Source: Octopus sinensis
Lineage: Eukaryota
DNA length: 64,000 nt
Direction of reading: 5' to 3'
NCBI RefSeq assembly: GCF_006345805.1
Contig: NC_043020.1
Location: forward strand, 21,700,001-21,764,000
The position numbers were made by a program, and so were the translations under genes. The first letter of the stretch is position 1. Every line of letters begins with the position of its first letter. The notes under the pieces were generated by a model. The model worked only from the letters and a program-made list of their open reading frames with translations. It was not told the DNA's origin and made no database searches. Positions 62,322 to 64,000 of this stretch are shown piece by piece.

Positions 62322-63432
62322 TATGAGGTGGTACCAAAAAGTTCCTAGACTAGTTCTGTAGTGTGCCAACAGATGGCAGTACACAGTTGTATATGCAGTG
62401 TGCTGAGCAACATCACTGTCTTTACTTTGCGAGTTGCGAAATTTGTTTCTGTCCATGACAAAATCACAGACTACAGCATATATGTAATCAAAGAGTCATA
62501 AACAATGTTTTGAGTGGCACAGGCACTTCAAAAGTAGAACTTTGCTGGAAGACTTGCTATGTGGAGAAAAATCATCAGATTGTACATTAGGATTGTTGGA
62601 AGATAATCAACAACATTGCTTATGTTGCTGGTCTGTTGCATGGGTCCATGCAGGCAATCCTAGCGTTTGAATTGAACATGAGGCACGTCTCTCACCTGTT
62701 GGTCGCTGAGCAGGAAGAACATTGTGATGAAGTCTGTCAAGATCTGTCAGCATGCCACTGATGACCCATCCTTCACATCAAAGATCATCAGCAGTGACAA
62801 GAGTTGGGTCTATGGGAACAACCCTTTAACAAGCAGCAGTCATCACAATAGAAGAGCCCTTCATCTCCATTACCAAAAGAAGGCATGACAGAGCCAAAGC
62901 TCAATCAAGAGTATGCTCATTGTGTTTTTGTCATCTATGGTATTGTGCATCAAGAATTCATTCCCCCCAGGGCCAGACCATTGAGAGTTCTACTGCGACG
63001 TTTTGAGGGAGAACATTTGGTGAAAGCAACTGGATCTGTGGAGCATGAAGGATTGGATTCCTCATGATGACAATGCACCCTGTCACTGAGCTCTCCTCAC
63101 TTGTGAGGTTCTTGCCAAAAACAACATGGTATTGCTTCTGCACTCACCCTTTTTTTGCCAGATTTAGCACCTGCGAACTTCCATCGCATCCCCAAGATAA
63201 AAATGCAGTGCAAAGGTTGCCATTTTAACATCACTGTCAAGATCCAGAGTGAATCGCAGGTCCTCGACTTGCTTAGAGAAAACGACTTCCAGGCTGGATT
63301 CAAAAAGTAGTAGGACCAGTATATTGCTGTGCAAGATGACTATTTTGAAGGCGATGATGTTAAAACTTGGGTAAACAAGTTATTTTTTTATTAAACATAA
63401 CTAGTCTGGGAACTTCTTAATACTACTTTGTA
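62322..63432 (+). mobile_element. Mariner transposon with both TIRs, decayed, in a PTP4A intron
   Basis: tatgaggtggtaccaaaaagttcctagactagtt is mirrored by aactagtctgggaacttcttaatactactttgta. Remnants read IISSDKSWVYG, GIVHQEFIP, HDDNAPCH and PDLAPANF. Confidence 0.85.
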
Positions 63433-64000
63433 CATCATTATATCTAGACAGAAGACAAAAAGCTATTAATGTTTGTCACTGTCTGCACAGGTCTAACATC
63501 ACTTGTGCTCCTCTTAATTTATTCCACATTCTTGTTATGGAATCTAAGTTACAACTTAGTTTGTGATATTCTTTTGTCACTTTGCCTGGACACTTTGGCA
63601 TGAGGCTTGTCCCACTGTCATCTGGTTGAAAGGGGGCAAGTAAATTTATCTTGAATAAATCTGTTTGTACATTTAATAACATGTCGTATAGTACTTCATA
63701 AATTTTCATTGATTTGCTTCTCAACAATGCACTTATCAATGTAAGATAATGCATGTTATGTAAACTTTGGAATTATCAAATGTATTATTGATAATGTATC
63801 CAAATGGTACTTAGCCCCTTCTTATGGAAGAGAGAAACACAGGAAGTCTTGAGAATAAGTAGTGAAAGCTGATCTCAAGATGTTGAGCCCCCTAGAGGCA
63901 TAACGAAGGACTGAGAGTTTGTAATTTGCTGTGCTCAAGACCCATCCATAACAGCAAATAAGTTTTAAAAACATTTTGTTCATGCTTGCATGCACTGTCC

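Noticed and set aside
60969-64000. Upstream PTP4A exons (VRVCE-containing exon and start exon)
   Set aside because: No matching minus-strand translation found by eye; presumed to lie outside the window.

Overview
Repeat-dense animal genomic DNA, most likely an octopus or other cephalopod (inference from the AT/CA/GA microsatellite load, the SINE types and a lophotrochozoan-like PRL protein). The only host gene I can support is the 3' half of a PTP4A/PRL phosphatase on the minus strand: three coding exons at 60838-60968, 58819-58893 and 57011-57119, ending in a CCIN CaaX-like motif, plus a probable ~5.7 kb 3' UTR. The rest is a layered transposon landscape. It holds at least seven copies or fragments of one RTE-clade LINE family (family A, two near full length), a second RTE-like LINE (family B), a CR1-type LINE fragment, a Penelope-like element and a decayed Gypsy LTR element. 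It also holds three mariner remnants, a maT/DD37D-like Tc1-mariner, a Merlin transposase fragment, Helitron-like 3' ends, several long-TIR MITEs, tRNA-derived SINEs and one 100-N assembly gap. The two most interesting signals are both in RTE family A: a C4HC3 PHD-type finger inserted inside the reverse transcriptase in six copies, and a variable-copy array of ~60-bp stem-loop units in the 3' UTR. All calls come from reading and hand-translating the sequence; no database search was run, and most element boundaries are approximate.
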